Assembly: GCF_004010195.1 (NCBI RefSeq)
Contig: NC_057720.1
Location: forward strand, 8,271,883 to 8,320,035
Origin: Chiloscyllium plagiosum
Taxonomy: Eukaryota
DNA: 48,153 nt
Reading direction: 5' to 3'
The notes beneath the pieces are model-generated. The model did not search any database. It was not told the origin of the DNA and saw only the letters and a list, made by a program, of their open reading frames with translations. Position numbers and translations under genes: made by a program. Positions 46,858 to 48,153 of this stretch are shown here, one piece after another. Positions within the stretch are counted from its first letter, which is position 1; each line of letters opens with the position of its first letter.

Positions 46858-47495
46858 TTCATTCACATGATGTGGGTGTCACTGGCTTAGCCAACATTTA
46901 TTGCCCAGAGGGCAGTTAAGAGTCAACCACTTTGCTGAAGTTACATGGGGGTGGCATGGTGGCTCAGTGGTTAGCACCAGGGACCTGGGTTCGGTTCCAG
47001 TCTTGGGCGACTGTGTGTGGAGTCTGCACATTCCCTGTGTCTGCGTGGGTTTCCTCTGGGTGCTCCAGTTTCTTCCCACGGTCCAAAGACGTGCAGGTTA
47101 GGCGAATTGGTCATGCTAAACTACCCATAGTGTTCAGAGATATGTAGTCAGGAGTAAATGTAGGGTAGGTGGAATGGGTCTGGGTGGGTTACACTTCAGA
47201 GGGTCTCTGTTGATTTGTTGGACCAAAGGACCTGTTTCCACACTGTGGGGATTCTATGATTTTTCTATGTCGTCCAGACCAGGTAAGGATGACATTTTCC
47301 TTCCCTAAAGGGCATTAGTGAACTAGATGGGTTTTTTTTTCGACAATGGATTTATGGTCATTATTTTAACTCTTAATTCCAGGTTTTTTTTTTAACCTTC
47401 AAATTCCCCCATCTTGTATGGTGGGATTCAAAGCCAGGGTCTACGGATTATTACCTGGGTCTGTGGATTAACAGTCCAGCTGAAATACCATTAGG
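46858..47495 (-). mobile_element. SINE B split by HE1
   Basis: ATTCACATGATGTGGG..GAGTCAACCAC [HE1] CCAGACCAGGTAAGGATG..AATACCATTAGG. Confidence 0.85.
46947..47268 (+). mobile_element. HE1-type V-SINE, full length
   Basis: GGGTGGCATGGTGGCTCAGTGGTTAGCAC..GGTTCGGTTCC..GTTTCCTCTGGGTGCTCC..GATTCTATG tail. Confidence 0.92.
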
Positions 47496-47947
47496 TATAT
47501 GTTCCTACCTAACCTTGATAATGATCAAGAACAAGACGGCTCACATTTAAAATAAGTTGCAAAATAAACAACCTTGAGAAAAAAAAAGTCTTTCAAACAG
47601 TGGGCAGTTCGGATGCACAGTCTGAAACTGTGATGGAGGCAGGTTCGAGGTATTTAAGGGATCATTAGATGATTATTTAAATGGAAACAGAATGCAGTGT
47701 TACGGAGAAACGGTGGGAGAATGGCATTGAGTTGTAATGAACATTCGGAGAGCTGGTGCAAACACAATGGTCTCCTTCTGCGCTGTAACATTTCTGTGAT
47801 TGTTCAATGTCTGGCAGTCACTAAAGGTCGATGAGACAGGCTCATAATGTCTGTTTGAAAAAGCAAGTTGAGATCAGACTTGAGCTTATCTGAATATCGT
47901 TCTCCCTTTAACAACACACAGTGCAGCCCAAGCCAATTATTCCTGAC

Positions 47948-48153
47948 ATGACTACCTCCTTCCCCCACTCCAACCTCTCACCCTCACAACGCGCAGCCCT
48001 CCAATCCCTCTGCTCCAATCCCAACCTCACCATCAAACCAGCGGATAAAGGGGGCGCAGTGGTAGTCTGGCGCACTGACCTCTACACCGCTGAAGCCAAA
48101 CGTCAACTCGAGGACACCTCTTCCTACTGCCCCCTTGACCATGACCCCACCCC
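47948..48153 (+). mobile_element. Penelope-like retroelement ORF fragment (N-terminal DKG region), running off the window end
   Basis: Open frame ..PHSNLSPSQRAALQSLCSNPNLTIKPADKGGAVVVWRTDLYTAEAKRQLEDTSSYCPLDHDPT with the PLE IKPADKG motif. Confidence 0.9.

Larger units (their letters stand above)
44140..47800 (+). mobile_element. Old CR1-type LINE in pieces (44140-44432, 46379-46857, ~47510-47800)
   Basis: GPVLRALLFLMNVNYL..AAGTTTGTGGATGATACAAA (KFVDDT); resumes EKCEVIWFG; GATCTCACCTTGGGTATTGTGCACAGTTCTGG; 3' UTR after 47510. Confidence 0.75.

Noticed and set aside
46947..47010. tRNA-like A/B boxes (also ~3230, ~11880, ~38490)
   Set aside because: SINE heads continuing into SINE bodies; no complete cloverleaf.

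Overview
This is non-coding vertebrate DNA dominated by transposable elements. The repeat inventory (HE1/V-SINEs, HER1/CR1-type LINEs, Deu-domain SINEs) points to a shark; a carpet shark is my inference from recalled repeat sequences. I recognise no host protein-coding exon, so the window is probably intronic or intergenic. Nearly all listed ORFs are decayed CR1 ORF2 pieces or chance frames. Contents: (1) about 30 5'-truncated CR1-type LINE fragments from several subfamilies, often nested; (2) HE1 SINEs, SacSINE1/DeuSINE-like copies, and a second tRNA-SINE whose 3' tail matches a LINE in the window; (3) L2 fragments and a Tc1/pogo-like MITE; (4) about 17 Penelope-like element (PLE) remnants from about five sequence families, including GIY-YIG and N-terminal DKG coding fragments and minimal hammerhead ribozyme motifs; (5) one 168-N assembly gap. 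The most striking pattern is a set of 130-230 bp non-coding PLE-terminus insertions that are inverted self-duplications (hairpins), most flanked by 11-14 bp target-site duplications (TSDs). In one, the symmetry axis falls on the predicted hammerhead cleavage site. In another, the hammerhead core forms the loop of a perfect 60-bp stem. Boundaries of decayed repeats are approximate (about +/-20-30 bp), and family names come from visual recognition, not a database search.
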